Assembly (NCBI GenBank): GCA_963827235.1
Contig: CAWHAE010000009.1
Coordinates: 960,001-1,024,000 of the forward strand
Reading direction: 5' to 3'
Source: an uncultured bacterium
GTDB taxonomy: Bacteria; Chloroflexota; UBA5177; JANWHV01
DNA: 64,000 bases
Under the pieces are notes generated by a model. That model did no database searches. It was given only the letters and a program-made list of their open reading frames with translations, and had not been told where the DNA came from. This document shows, one piece after another, positions 1 through 10,218 of this stretch. The number at the start of each line of letters is the position of its first letter. The stretch's first letter is position 1. The position numbers were made by a program, and so were the translations under genes.

Positions 1-910
1 TGGCAATGACCACGCGACTATCGTCGTCCGCGGCGCTGCCGCCGATGGCGAAGCGGGTGCGCAGATTGACGATCGGCACCACGCGGTTTCGCAGGGAGAC
101 GACACCGTCGACGAACGGCGGGGAGTGGGGAATGCGCGAGACGTCGGGCGGGCGTATGATCTCCCGCACGTCGCCGATCGAGAGGGCGTACTCCTGATCG
201 TCGAGCCGAAAGGTCACGACTTGCTCGCCGCCACGCCCCTGGGTGAGCGCGGGCTGCTGCTCTCTTGCGGTCATCGTCGCCTGCGCGGCCCTGGTCACCG
301 TTTGCGCTATCTCGGACGATGGAACGATCTGGTCGACGTCGAGCAGGAGGACCAAACGCCGTCCCTCGGAGAGCTTGGCAACGCCCAGCAGCCAGGGATG
401 GGCATTGCCGTCGCCCGTCGCGGCAGGTGGAGGCTCTACGCACGACGCGGGCACGCGTATGACCTCGGAGACGCGATCGACGACGAGCCCGGCGAGCCGG
501 CCGTCCGCCTCCACGACCACGGCGCGCATGTCGTCGTCGGCGTCGACGGCAGGCAGGTCGAACCGGCGGCGTAGATTGATGATCGGAAGCAGCGTGCCCC
601 GCAGGTTCGCCACGCCCTCGACGAAGGGGAGAGTTCTGGGCACTCGCGTGACGCTCGGCACACGTACGATCTCCCTCACATGACGGATCGGCACGCTGAA
701 CTCTTCGGCGGCTACGCTGAAGGTGACGAGCTGCATGACCTCCGACGCGGCACCGCCCGCAGGACCGGGAACGACGGGCGCCGGCGCCGCCTGAGCACTC
801 TCGGTGCCCGGAGTGTTTTCGGCAGTGCAGGGGGCGTTCTCGACGCTCTGCTCTGATGCCGTCGGGCGCGTGACGCGCGGGCGCTGCCTATTCACCTGTG
901 CTTCTGCCAT
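1..910 (-). CDS. cheW: Chemotaxis protein with tandem CheW domains; 3' end runs off the window
   Basis: My translation of the minus strand from ATG 910 (RBS-like AGGTGGA) gives [48 protein letters not shown] and a second domain [47 protein letters not shown]. It is absent from the ORF track because no stop codon lies in the window. Confidence 0.9.
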   Translation of the reverse strand, partial: MAEAQVNRQRPRVTRPTASEQSVENAPCTAENTPGTESAQAAPAPVVPGPAGGAASEVMQLVTFSVAAEEFSVPIRHVREIVRVPSVTRVPRTLPFVEGVANLRGTLLPIINLRRRFDLPAVDADDDMRAVVVEADGRLAGLVVDRVSEVIRVPASCVEPPPAATGDGNAHPWLLGVAKLSEGRRLVLLLDVDQIVPSSEIAQTVTRAAQATMTAREQQPALTQGRGGEQVVTFRLDDQEYALSIGDVREIIRPPDVSRIPHSPPFVDGVVSLRNRVVPIVNLRTRFAIGGSAADDDSRVVIA

Positions 911-2296
911 CACGGTGTCCACCTGACACGTTCTGCAACTCCTCCGCCAGAGCTGAGACTTCGGCGACCGCTTCGGCCAGCTGCTCGAGGCCCCGAGTCT
1001 GCTCGGCGGCCGAGCTCGCGGCTTCCTCCGAGGCGGCGCCGGTTTCCTCTGCCATGCGCGCGATTTGTTCCACGCCCTTGGCCGCCTGAGTCATGGCAAT
1101 CAGCGCTTCCTGATTGGTCGCCACTATGGATGCGATGAAGGCGGCGAGCGACTCGAAGTCCGCTTCGATCTGAGTCAGGCTGGTCGTCGACTTGTGAGCA
1201 TTCTCCACATCCTGCTGAGCCTTGACTGTAGCCTGTTCGATATCGACGGTGACACGAGCAACCTGCTGCTGTATGCGCTTGACGAGGTCCTTGATCTTCT
1301 CGGCGTTTTCAGCCGAGTCCTTGGCCAGGCTGCGCACGTCGGCGGCGACGACGGCGAAGCCGCGACCGTACTCACCCGCTCGCGCCGACTCGATGCTTCC
1401 GATCACGGCCAGGAGGTTGGTCTGAATGGTGACGTTGACGATGGCGTCCACGATCTTGTCTATCCGCCCGGTAGACGCCACGAGCTGCTGGAGATTCTGG
1501 GCCGATGCCTGATCGGCCGCGGCCGTCCTCTGGATACCTTCGATAAGCGCGCCTACGTTGACGTTGTTCTGCTTCAGGAGCTGCTGCACGGCAGCGACAC
1601 GCTGTTGAGACTTCTCTGCCAGCTCCTTGGCCAGGAGGGAACCCTTCTGGATCTGCTCGACGGCACTGGCCGACTGCTCGGTGGCCGCGGCCTGCTCGGA
1701 GGCGCCGGCGGCGATGGATTGGATGCTGGCGGTCGTCTCCTTGGCGGTTCTGCTGGCTTCCTCGACGGCGGCGGACAGCTCCTTTGCAGAAGCCGCGAGT
1801 TCCTCGGAGGACTTATCTGCCGATGCGGCGAACTCGAGCGCTTCCGTCATATCGGCGAGCTCGGCCGCAGATGCGCTCATGTCGGCAAGTGCGCGCCCCT
1901 GCTCGTCGACCGCCTGCACGCATTCCTCGACCGACGCCGCTTGATCCTGCGCGCCCTTGGCGATCTCTTCGGTGGCCTTCCTGAACTGGAGCAGGATAGC
2001 GGCTACCTCGACGGCCTGGTCGTTACGCGACCTGGCTCCTTGACGGCCGATCCGGCTTCTTCCACCCCGGCGGCGAGCTCCTGGGTGGTGGCTGCCAGTC
2101 GACCGGCAATCTGCTGCTGCCTGGCGGCGGCGCGGGCGCGCTGCTTATTCTGGCTCTGCAGATCGGCGCGCAGACGCGATCCCTGCCCGGTGCGTGTGGC
2201 GCCGGAAACCTCGTGGGCACCGCTATCCGTAGCTCGTCCATTGCTGACGGGTCGCGCTGGTGGCGTGGGAAGGTCGGCGAGTCTCGGCATGGTCAT
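888..2296 (-). pseudogene. Soluble (no TM) methyl-accepting chemotaxis protein, frameshifted or internally deleted near 2038
   Basis: ORF 888-1919 has the MCP hairpin signature ([34 protein letters not shown]) and its frame stays open upstream to about 2038. ORF 2003-2296 has an MCP-like N-terminus ([29 protein letters not shown]) in a different frame. Confidence 0.75.
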
Positions 2297-2816
2297 CCTC
2301 CTGGTGACTCTGGGCGTTGTCGTCCGTTACAACGCTGCTAGGCGCGTGCCTGAAGCGTGGCACCGGCTGGTATCGACTGACTCGGGCTGCCCAAGTACAA
2401 TTATCGGCAGTGGAGAGGGAAAGATTATAGCCCGATCTGGCCATTACTGAAGCGTGATAGTGCCGGTTAGACCGGAAACAATGATAGTGGCTATGTGGCT
2501 GGCGGGCGATAGAGCAAGGCCGACGAAATCACCGGAGGCGAGCATGTGCCCCACGGTTGACGGCTATGGGACGATTCTATTGAGAAACGTCTCGAGGCGT
2601 ATCGCGGCTACGGCCGGTCGTAGGCTGCCGGGGCAGGAAGTGGACCGCGGAAGGTGCAACGATGGAGAGGCGGGCGAGGTCTCGGATCACTGATTGCGAG
2701 CACGTCTGGCCGGCTAGCGGAGGCACGGCGTAGTCTCGCGGTGAAGTATACTTCTCGAAAACCGGCGCATTGCCCGGCGAGGCGTTGAGACTGCTATCAA
2801 GCGGGTTGGAGGAGTC

Positions 2817-3566
2817 ATGGCTACTCGAATGGCGCGCTACGACGTACGTAACGACGGTGCTGGACCATACGCGACGTTCTACTGCGATAGCTGTTCACGC
2901 GAGTACCGCAGTCAGCCGAACATGCAGGCGACGATCACCAAGGAAGTCGGACGCGACGTCCTGGGTGGATTCCTGCGCCGGAACATCCCGATTCTCGGCA
3001 GCGCGGTGGCTCGCGGTGTCGATGATACGGATCCCCGTTACTCGCGCACCCTCAACCCGCAAGAGCTCGAGAACGCCTGGAATCAGGTGAAAGACGTGTT
3101 TCACGAGTGCCCGACCTGCCACCAGCTGGTGTGCAATTCGGACTGGGACTCGCAGGTAGGCACGTGCTCTCTGGACAGTCCGCGCCGGGCGGAGATCGCA
3201 CAGGCGCAAACGGAGCAGGCGGCGGGCATGGTGAAGGGCCTGGCCAGCGTGTTCGGGATCGGCGACGCGGTGAAGAACGCGGCCCAGGCGGCGAAACGAG
3301 CGTCCACGACGGCGGCACGCTGCCCGAACGACGGTACACTGGCCAAGCCGGGCACGAAGTTCTGCCCTGAGTGCGGCGCGGCCATGATCCAGCCGGCCGC
3401 GCAGGCCTGTCCCAAGTGCGGGGCGGAGACGGGCGGCGCGAAGTTCTGTCCCGAGTGCGGCACGAAAATCGAGGCTGCCCAGCCGGAGACCACTCTTTGC
3501 CCGCAGTGCGGCAAAGAGACGGGCGGCGCGAAGTTCTGTCCCGAGTGCGGCACGAAGATGAGTTAG
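2817..3566 (+). CDS. Multi zinc-ribbon (double zinc ribbon) protein
   Basis: GGAGGAG RBS. Many CxxC pairs, including three KFCPECG repeats. A direct DNA repeat lies at about 3426-3465 and 3516-3556. Confidence 0.85.
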   Translation: MATRMARYDVRNDGAGPYATFYCDSCSREYRSQPNMQATITKEVGRDVLGGFLRRNIPILGSAVARGVDDTDPRYSRTLNPQELENAWNQVKDVFHECPTCHQLVCNSDWDSQVGTCSLDSPRRAEIAQAQTEQAAGMVKGLASVFGIGDAVKNAAQAAKRASTTAARCPNDGTLAKPGTKFCPECGAAMIQPAAQACPKCGAETGGAKFCPECGTKIEAAQPETTLCPQCGKETGGAKFCPECGTKMS

Positions 3567-3584
3567 GTCTTCACCCGGGAGGAG

Positions 3585-4896
3585 CTACGAAGCGTTCGGC
3601 CCGTCGCGAGACAGCCGCTTCTCGAGCCCGTCCAGGAAGATCCGTATGCCCACGTCGAATCGGCGGTCTCCGTCCGGGAAAGCCAGGAGCGGTGCTACCG
3701 CGGCCAGGTGTGGATAGGCGGCGGGCTGGGCCGCGAACTGCTGCTGGACCTCCTGCTGCACGTCGTGCGCGGGCTGGGCGGACGTGCCCTGGTTGGACGG
3801 ATCGGCGACGGCAACCGTGAGAATCGGTGCTGCCGCCGTCGATGCGCAGGTCGTAGAGGTCGGCGGCGATAGCGGCATGCGGGCTCTCCCAGCGCGCCTC
3901 GCCGACGGAGCCGAGCAGCAGTGAATCCAGCGAGAGCTGCCTGCTGCCGCCGCGGATATGCACACGCATGGCTGTGCCGTATGGGCGCTCGAGCCGCAGC
4001 CGCCTGGCGCCGCCGTCGATACTGATAGGCACGACGCCGGAGGGCGCGGGCAAGCGGACCACGACGTCGCTGACACCACCCGCGATGTGCAGAGAGGGCA
4101 CGTGCCCAAGCAGGAAGTCGGCGGAGAGCTGGACGGCGCCGCCTTCGACGTCGACTTCCCAGGGAACGGCGGCATTGAGGGTCACCGTGGTGGAGTCATG
4201 GCGACCGTGCCGCTGCTTGATGCTCAGCACGCCGCCGCGCAGCTCGACGTCCGGCGACTTGCCGTCGCCCGCGAGGTGATAGAGGTCGCTCATGCCCGCT
4301 CCGAGGCGCAACAGCAGGTGAGAGGCACCCTGTCGCACGACGAGATGCCCGCGAGATAGTGAGCCGAGCGGCACGCCGGCAGCCGGCTCCCGCGGCCACG
4401 AGGCGGGTAGTGAGGCGCTGGCGATCATGGCCTCGTCGAGCACATAGCCGACGACATACGTGTTGAACAGATAACCCGCATCCGCGACATCCTGAAGCGG
4501 CAGGCCGCTTCGATGCAAGAGCCCGAACACGGCATCGATGATGCGGAGCCGCTGCGCGCCGAGCGGCGGGCTTGCGGCCAAAATGCGAGCGCCATCGCGA
4601 TGCTGGAGCATCACGCGGCGAAAGTCGCGGGCAGCCTGCTCGAGCGCCTGGCGCCAGGGTGCTTGCGTAGACGGCATCGGCATCTCGCCGCTGATCGCAT
4701 CGCCGAGCATGACCAGCAAGTCGCTCTTGTCGCGCACGTGCCAGTAGAGAGATGCGGCCGTGACGCCGAGGCGGTCCGCCAAGCGGCGCATGGTGAGGTC
4801 GTCCAGGCCAACCTCGTCGAGCAGCCGCAGGGCGGCACGCGTCACCTGCTCTCGATCGAGGGCCGGCCGTGCGCGCGGCGGCGGTATCGCGGTCAT
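3585..4896 (-). CDS. TetR-family regulator with a large domain inserted in the C-terminal ligand-binding region; +1 frameshift near 3822
   Basis: N-terminal HTH (LTMRRLADRLGVTAASLYWHV) and TetR_C helices. The last TetR_C helices (YPHLAAVAPLL..RRFDVGIRIFLDGLE) are in the frame of ORF 3585-4175. Removing one T in ACC GAT T CTC ACG joins the two frames. Confidence 0.8.
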
Positions 4897-4921
4897 CGGG
4901 TCACATCCTCTCGCTCTGCTA

Positions 4922-5018
4922 TTGACAGTTTAACGCGGTTCGTCGTATGGTGTCGAGTGTGAACTAACAATGTTAATCTAGATGTGAGGATACGCCAGAG
5001 TGCAGATGAACTGTGTTA
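4922..5018. promoter_or_regulatory. Divergent tetR/MFS promoter with putative TetR operators
   Basis: TTGACA (4922-4927), 18 bp spacer, TATGGT (4946-4951). Palindrome TAACA-A-TGTTA at 4965-4975 and a related site GAACTGTGTTA at 5008-5018. Confidence 0.6.
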
Positions 5019-5095
5019 GCCCGAGATCGAGCGCGGGCGTGCACCGTTACCCGATCGCCGTTCGTCCAGCCGCGATAGCCTAAGGAGCCGACACG

Positions 5096-6751
5096 ATGGC
5101 CAAAGCAAGCCGGCGCGCGAGCGCCAATCCCTGGGCGGTCCTGGGTATTCTGTGCCTGGGTTTGTTCATGTCTCTGCTCGATCTGACGATCGTCAACGTC
5201 GCCATGCCCAGCATCATCGATTCACTGCACGCCTCGCTCGACCAGATGCTGTGGGTGTTGAACGGGTACAGTCTCGTCTATGCGGTGCTGCTGATCACGG
5301 CCGGCCGGCTCGGCGACATCCATGGACCGCGGAACCTGTATGCCATGGGCACGGGACTCTTCACCGTCGCCTCGGCCTGCAGCGGGTTGGCGCAGACGCC
5401 CGCCGAGCTGATCGCTGCACGCGCGGCCCAGGGACTGGGTGCCGCGCTGATGGGGCCGCAGAGTCTCTCGATCATCGCCAGCCTGTTCCCGCCGGAGAAG
5501 CGCGGCGTGGCGTTCGGGCTGACCGGGGCCATGGGTGGGCTGGCAACGGTGGCCGGACCGACGCTCGGCGGCATCGTCACCACGCACCTGGGCTGGCGGT
5601 GGATCTTCTTCCTGAACCTACCGTTGGGCCTGGCGGTGATGGTGCTCACTATGACCGTGATGCCCGATCTGCGTCCGGGGCGGCGCCATCGGCTGGACCT
5701 GGCCGGCGTGGCGCTGGTCAGCGCCGGGCTGCTGGGAATCGTATTCGGCCTGATCGAAGGCCAGCGCTACGACTGGGCGACCGTCGGCGCGGGGATCACC
5801 ATTCCCGAGATCCTCGCCGCGGGCGTGATGGTACTGGCCGTCTTTTTCTACACGCAGGCGCGCCGGCAGGATCGCGAGCCGCTCCTCCCCTTCGCGGTGT
5901 TCGGCAATCGCAACTACGCGGCAACGGTGCCCGTGGCGGCGGCGATGGGGTTTGCCATCCTGGGTATCTTCCTGCCCCTCACCATCTACCTGCAGTCGGT
6001 GCTCAACCTATCCGCGCAGGATGCTGGCCTGACGATAGTGCCCATGTCGCTGGTGCCCCTGTTCATCGCCGGGTTCACAGGTACCTTGTCGGGCCGAGGC
6101 TACGGCAAGCAGATTCTCGGCAGCGGCCTCGTGCTCCTGGCGGCGGGCATGGCATATATCGTGTGGCACGCGCAGTCGGACTCGGCCCGCTGGAGCTTCC
6201 TACCCGGCCTGTTGGTAGGCGGGGTGGGCATGGGCTGCATCTGGGCACCGCTCTACAGCGTAGCCATGGAGAACGTGGATCCGCGCCTGGCCGGAGTGGC
6301 TTCCGGCCTGTTCAGCACGGTACAGGAGCTGGGCGGTGTGCTGGCCAGCGCGTCGGTCGGCGCCCTGCTGCAGAACAGGCTTTCGGCGGCGTTGCACGAC
6401 CAGGCCGTGCAATACGCAGGGCAGCTGCCCGCCGGCCTGCGCGCGCACTTCGTGGCCTCGTTCACGGGGGCGGCGCGCACCGGCCTGGAAGTGGGGCGCG
6501 GCCAGACGGGCGGCAGCGTACAGCTTCCGCCGGGAGTTCCCGCCAGGGTCGCCGGGCAGATCCAGTACCTGGCGTCGGCTGTATTCTCGCACGGCTTCGT
6601 GGATGCGATGCGACCGGCCATGGCGTTACCGATCCTGCTGCTGCTGCCGGCAGCGCTCTGTTGCCTGGCCGTGCGGCGCGTGGACCGCGGCGCTCCGGCT
6701 TCGCGACAAGCTGGGACGAGCCTGCCGCTGGGCGAAGGCGCCGCGCCATGA
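5096..6751 (+). CDS. DHA2 (EmrB/QacA) 14-TM MFS efflux permease
   Basis: Motifs LDLTIVNVAMPSI, GRLGDIHG, GPTLGG and WRWIFFLNLP. TAAGGAG RBS. Confidence 0.95.
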   Translation: MAKASRRASANPWAVLGILCLGLFMSLLDLTIVNVAMPSIIDSLHASLDQMLWVLNGYSLVYAVLLITAGRLGDIHGPRNLYAMGTGLFTVASACSGLAQTPAELIAARAAQGLGAALMGPQSLSIIASLFPPEKRGVAFGLTGAMGGLATVAGPTLGGIVTTHLGWRWIFFLNLPLGLAVMVLTMTVMPDLRPGRRHRLDLAGVALVSAGLLGIVFGLIEGQRYDWATVGAGITIPEILAAGVMVLAVFFYTQARRQDREPLLPFAVFGNRNYAATVPVAAAMGFAILGIFLPLTIYLQSVLNLSAQDAGLTIVPMSLVPLFIAGFTGTLSGRGYGKQILGSGLVLLAAGMAYIVWHAQSDSARWSFLPGLLVGGVGMGCIWAPLYSVAMENVDPRLAGVASGLFSTVQELGGVLASASVGALLQNRLSAALHDQAVQYAGQLPAGLRAHFVASFTGAARTGLEVGRGQTGGSVQLPPGVPARVAGQIQYLASAVFSHGFVDAMRPAMALPILLLLPAALCCLAVRRVDRGAPASRQAGTSLPLGEGAAP

Positions 6752-6939
6752 GTGCCTGCCGTTCCGCCCAAGAGCGTGCGCCAGGCATGAGGGTAGTCAG
6801 CGGCAGCCGATAAACAGGCAGCCCGGCACGGACGTGCCGTGCCGGCAGGGAGGCAGTGAGTCGCCCCGTGATGGCGCCCGCGCTGGACGGGCCAGGTAGA
6901 CGGTAGCCCGCGGGGACCTCGGGGTACCGTCTACGATGC

Positions 6940-7749
6940 TCAGGGGCGAGGCACCGGCTTCGCCTGAATGCCGAGAGCGCGGGCATGGAACCTGAGGGCA
7001 TCCTGAACGTGAAGGTCCCAGTACTCCCACTCGTGGCCGCCCGGGAATTCCTCGTACTCATGCGGGATGCCCAGTTTCTCGAGATGCCGGTGGAATTTGC
7101 GGTTCTCCTCTAGCAGCGGGTCCTCGCTGCCGCAGTCGAAGCGCAGGGCGGGCGGCTGCTTGCCGGCCACTGCCTCCGACAGCGCGGACAGATCGTTAGG
7201 CCCGCCGATGGGGTCGTCGCCAAACAGCCGGCGGAATTCGGCGGCCGGATCTTCGCTGAAGACCTCGTCGAATTCCTTGTCAGGACGGTCGTCGGGGTCG
7301 ATTCGCCTGCTGCCGACGCCGAGGGCACCGGAATGGCTCACGGCGCTGCAGAACATGTCGGGATGGCTCAAGGCCAGGCGAAGTGCCCCGTAACCGCCCA
7401 TGGAGAGCCCGCCGATCACGCGGGAATGCCTGCCCGCGCTCGTCCGGAACGTGCGATCGATCAACGGAACAAGGTCACGCGTGATCGCGGCGTCGTAGGC
7501 GTAGCCCTCGCGGGCATCGGTATAGAAGCCGCGACCTCCGTCCGGCATCACCACGATCATCGGGTAGTCGCGGGCATACTGCTCGATGTGTGTCTGCCGC
7601 GTCCAGGCGCTGTAGTCGTCGGACAAGCCATGAAGCAAATAGAAGACCGGGAACGGTCCCTCGAAGTCTGCTCGCTCGGGCAACAGAACCATCGCGCCCG
7701 TCATCTTGCGCAGAGCCAGGCTAAAGTAGCGAAGTTCGGCGAGTGCCAC
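6940..7749 (-). CDS. Alpha/beta-hydrolase esterase family protein
   Basis: YLLHGLSD, nucleophile GLSMGG, DCGSED and GGHEWEYW. AAAGGAG RBS. Confidence 0.9.
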   Translation of the reverse strand: MALAELRYFSLALRKMTGAMVLLPERADFEGPFPVFYLLHGLSDDYSAWTRQTHIEQYARDYPMIVVMPDGGRGFYTDAREGYAYDAAITRDLVPLIDRTFRTSAGRHSRVIGGLSMGGYGALRLALSHPDMFCSAVSHSGALGVGSRRIDPDDRPDKEFDEVFSEDPAAEFRRLFGDDPIGGPNDLSALSEAVAGKQPPALRFDCGSEDPLLEENRKFHRHLEKLGIPHEYEEFPGGHEWEYWDLHVQDALRFHARALGIQAKPVPRP

Positions 7750-8104
7750 AATCTCTCCTTTGTTCTGGGGCGCCGCGCGGCGCTATGCCGGCGGCCCACT
7801 CGCATGGCGTGCCTCCCATTCAGTATGGTGAAGGTGCAGGTCCGCGAACAAGGTACGCGGCACGCGCGTGGAGCAGATCGTGCCTTGCCGGGCCAGCGGC
7901 CCAGGAAGCCCGCGGCTGTCCAAGCCGAGAACCGAGCGGCACCGGCCGGTGCCCGGACTGTGCTTCGGCAATCCAGGATTCCGTGGTACCCGTAGAGTGT
8001 GACATACGGTGCGCGATCGGGTTCGACGGCGCCGCGCGGGCATCCCCCGAGGATCGAGAGGGACGGCTGCGCCGTCGGGATCGGCAGACGAAAGGAACGG
8101 CTAA

Positions 8105-8575
8105 TTGGAAAAGGCAATATTCGGGGCAGGCTGCTTCTGGGGCGTCGAGGCGGCGTTCCGAGCGGTCGAGGGCGTGACGGCCACGCGCGTGGGCTACCTT
8201 GGCGGCACGATGGCCAATCCCACCTATAGGGACGTGTGCTCGGGCACGACGGGGCACGCAGAGGTCGTCGAGGTGAGCTACGACCCCGAGACGATCTCAT
8301 ACGAGAAGCTGCTGAAGGTTTTCTGGGAGAATCACGATCCCACGCAGTTCAATCGCCAGGGTCCCGACCACGGGGTGCAGTATCGCTCGGCTATCTTCTA
8401 CCAATCGCCGGAGCAGGAGGCCGCGGCCCGCGCGTCGAAGCAGGCGCTCGAGAATGCCCACCAGTATCGCAGACCGGTGGTGACGGAGATCACGCCGGCG
8501 ACGACGTTCTGGGAAGCGGAGGACTATCACCAGCAGTATCTGGAGAAGCGCGGCCTGGCAAGCTGCCACATCTGA
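8105..8575 (+). CDS. msrA: Peptide-methionine (S)-S-oxide reductase
   Basis: GCFWG active site, [13 protein letters not shown] and AEDYHQQY. Confidence 0.97.
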   Translation: MEKAIFGAGCFWGVEAAFRAVEGVTATRVGYLGGTMANPTYRDVCSGTTGHAEVVEVSYDPETISYEKLLKVFWENHDPTQFNRQGPDHGVQYRSAIFYQSPEQEAAARASKQALENAHQYRRPVVTEITPATTFWEAEDYHQQYLEKRGLASCHI

Positions 8576-8597
8576 ATCTGAGAGGACCACTGGGACC

Positions 8598-8996
8598 ATG
8601 GACGACATATCGCATATGCCGGAGAGCTATTGGAAGGAGCGGCTTACTCCCGAGCAGTATCGGGTCTGCCGCTTGAAGGGCACGGAACGGCCGTTCTCCG
8701 GCGCCCTCTACCGTAACGATGCCACCGGGACCTACGACTGCGTGGCCTGCGGGCAGCCTCTGTTCACCTCGGACACGAAATTCGACTCGGGCTGCGGCTG
8801 GCCCAGCTTCGATCGGCCGATCGACCGGGAGAACGTGGAGCTGCACGAGGATCGGTCGCTCTTCATGCTGCGTACCGAGGTGACCTGCAAGCGCTGCGGG
8901 GCGCACCTCGGCCACGTGTTCGACGACGGACCGCGCGAGACCACCGGCCAGCGCTACTGCATCAATTCGGTCGCCCTCAGCTTTCGCACAGAGTAG
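8598..8996 (+). CDS. msrB: Peptide-methionine (R)-S-oxide reductase
   Basis: [33 protein letters not shown] and two CxxC pairs. Confidence 0.97.
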   Translation: MDDISHMPESYWKERLTPEQYRVCRLKGTERPFSGALYRNDATGTYDCVACGQPLFTSDTKFDSGCGWPSFDRPIDRENVELHEDRSLFMLRTEVTCKRCGAHLGHVFDDGPRETTGQRYCINSVALSFRTE

Positions 8997-9129
8997 GCCT
9001 ACGGCCCGGATCCGCGGCGAACCGCGACTTCGCCGCGGAGGCGGTGCTCGAGTCTGGACAACAGATGACCGACCTCCCGGGTCACTGTGCCGCGGAACGC
9101 CGGCGGGCAACCACTATGGCAGGCGGAGC

Positions 9130-9678
9130 CTACGCCCGGCTCGGCCGGGTCTCCTTGCGCAGCCAGATGTTCGCGCACTCCTCGCACACGGATTGCGGGA
9201 TCACGTGGGTGGCCATGAGCAGCCGGAAGATCCGGCAGCCCACGCAGAAGCCCGCGAGGGATTCCAGACCGGCCAGGGCGATCAAGATGCCGGCTACCAC
9301 ATAGGCGGCGCCGGTCAGGCCGAAGACGAAGGTCAGGACCACGCCGGCAACCGTCATTGCCGCGCCTAGGCTCTGGGCGAAGCGCTTGGGCGGACCGGCG
9401 GTGGGCCTGGCCGCGATGCCCAGGCGAGGCACGATCACGCGCGTGGAGAGCAGGGCCATCGGGCTGATCCGCGGCCCGGCAAGGGCCCGAGCTACGAAAC
9501 CGTAAGCGATGACGCACAGCACGAGCGGCTGCTGGGTGAGCAGGAGGATGGCGGCCATGACCAGCACGCCGCCGGCGGTAATGCGCACGGCGACCTCGTT
9601 GACCGGATTCGGGAAGCTGAAGAAGCCAGAGCGCACCGAGATGCTCCTCTCGCGGATAGTAAAATACAGGACGCCCAT
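9130..9678 (-). CDS. DUF4395-like membrane protein (start may be somewhat downstream)
   Basis: FPNPVNE..R, GPPKRFAQ, LESLAGFCVGC and a C-terminal CEEC. Confidence 0.8.
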   Translation of the reverse strand: MGVLYFTIRERSISVRSGFFSFPNPVNEVAVRITAGGVLVMAAILLLTQQPLVLCVIAYGFVARALAGPRISPMALLSTRVIVPRLGIAARPTAGPPKRFAQSLGAAMTVAGVVLTFVFGLTGAAYVVAGILIALAGLESLAGFCVGCRIFRLLMATHVIPQSVCEECANIWLRKETRPSRA

Positions 9679-10218
9679 CGGCGTTACGGAATATTCTTCC
9701 TTGCTTGGATACTACCAGAGCATGCGCGGAAAGTCCATGAATGCGATCGTGTTGCTGCAGTTCTGCCGGGACGGCGCCGTTCGCGGGCAACGGTGAGACG
9801 GGCGCGGGCCGGCGGCCGGCATTCGTCCCGGTTGGGGAGCTGCCCGTCGCCGGTTGGGGGCGCGACATATGTCTCATAGGCCGGAATGGTGCTGCCCCGG
9901 CGGCGGCATCGGGAGCCGCGAACGCGGGGATCGTGAGCCATGGCTGTCGACGGGCGCCCAACACGTCGGATCGCGGCCTGACACCGCGATGCTGGGGGAC
10001 CGGGAACACTGCTGATCGACAGGCTATGAGGACTGCTTGTTACAGGCGGATTCGCGAGGCTTTCCGGAGGCAACAGCCCTTGTGCACCTGACTGTATACT
10101 AAGAATTCGGTCGAGGTCCCCGTGTAACCGTTCTCCTTCTCGCCACGGGCTTGGCACACAGCAAGGATCCCGCCGCCTCGCGTCTGAATCGTCGCCTTTG
10201 AGTAAGAGGGCATGCTAC

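Noticed and set aside
9680-10200. Long intergenic region upstream of the DUF4395-like gene and the decarboxylase; possible SAM or lysine riboswitch
   Set aside because: I could not match the conserved core motifs on either strand.
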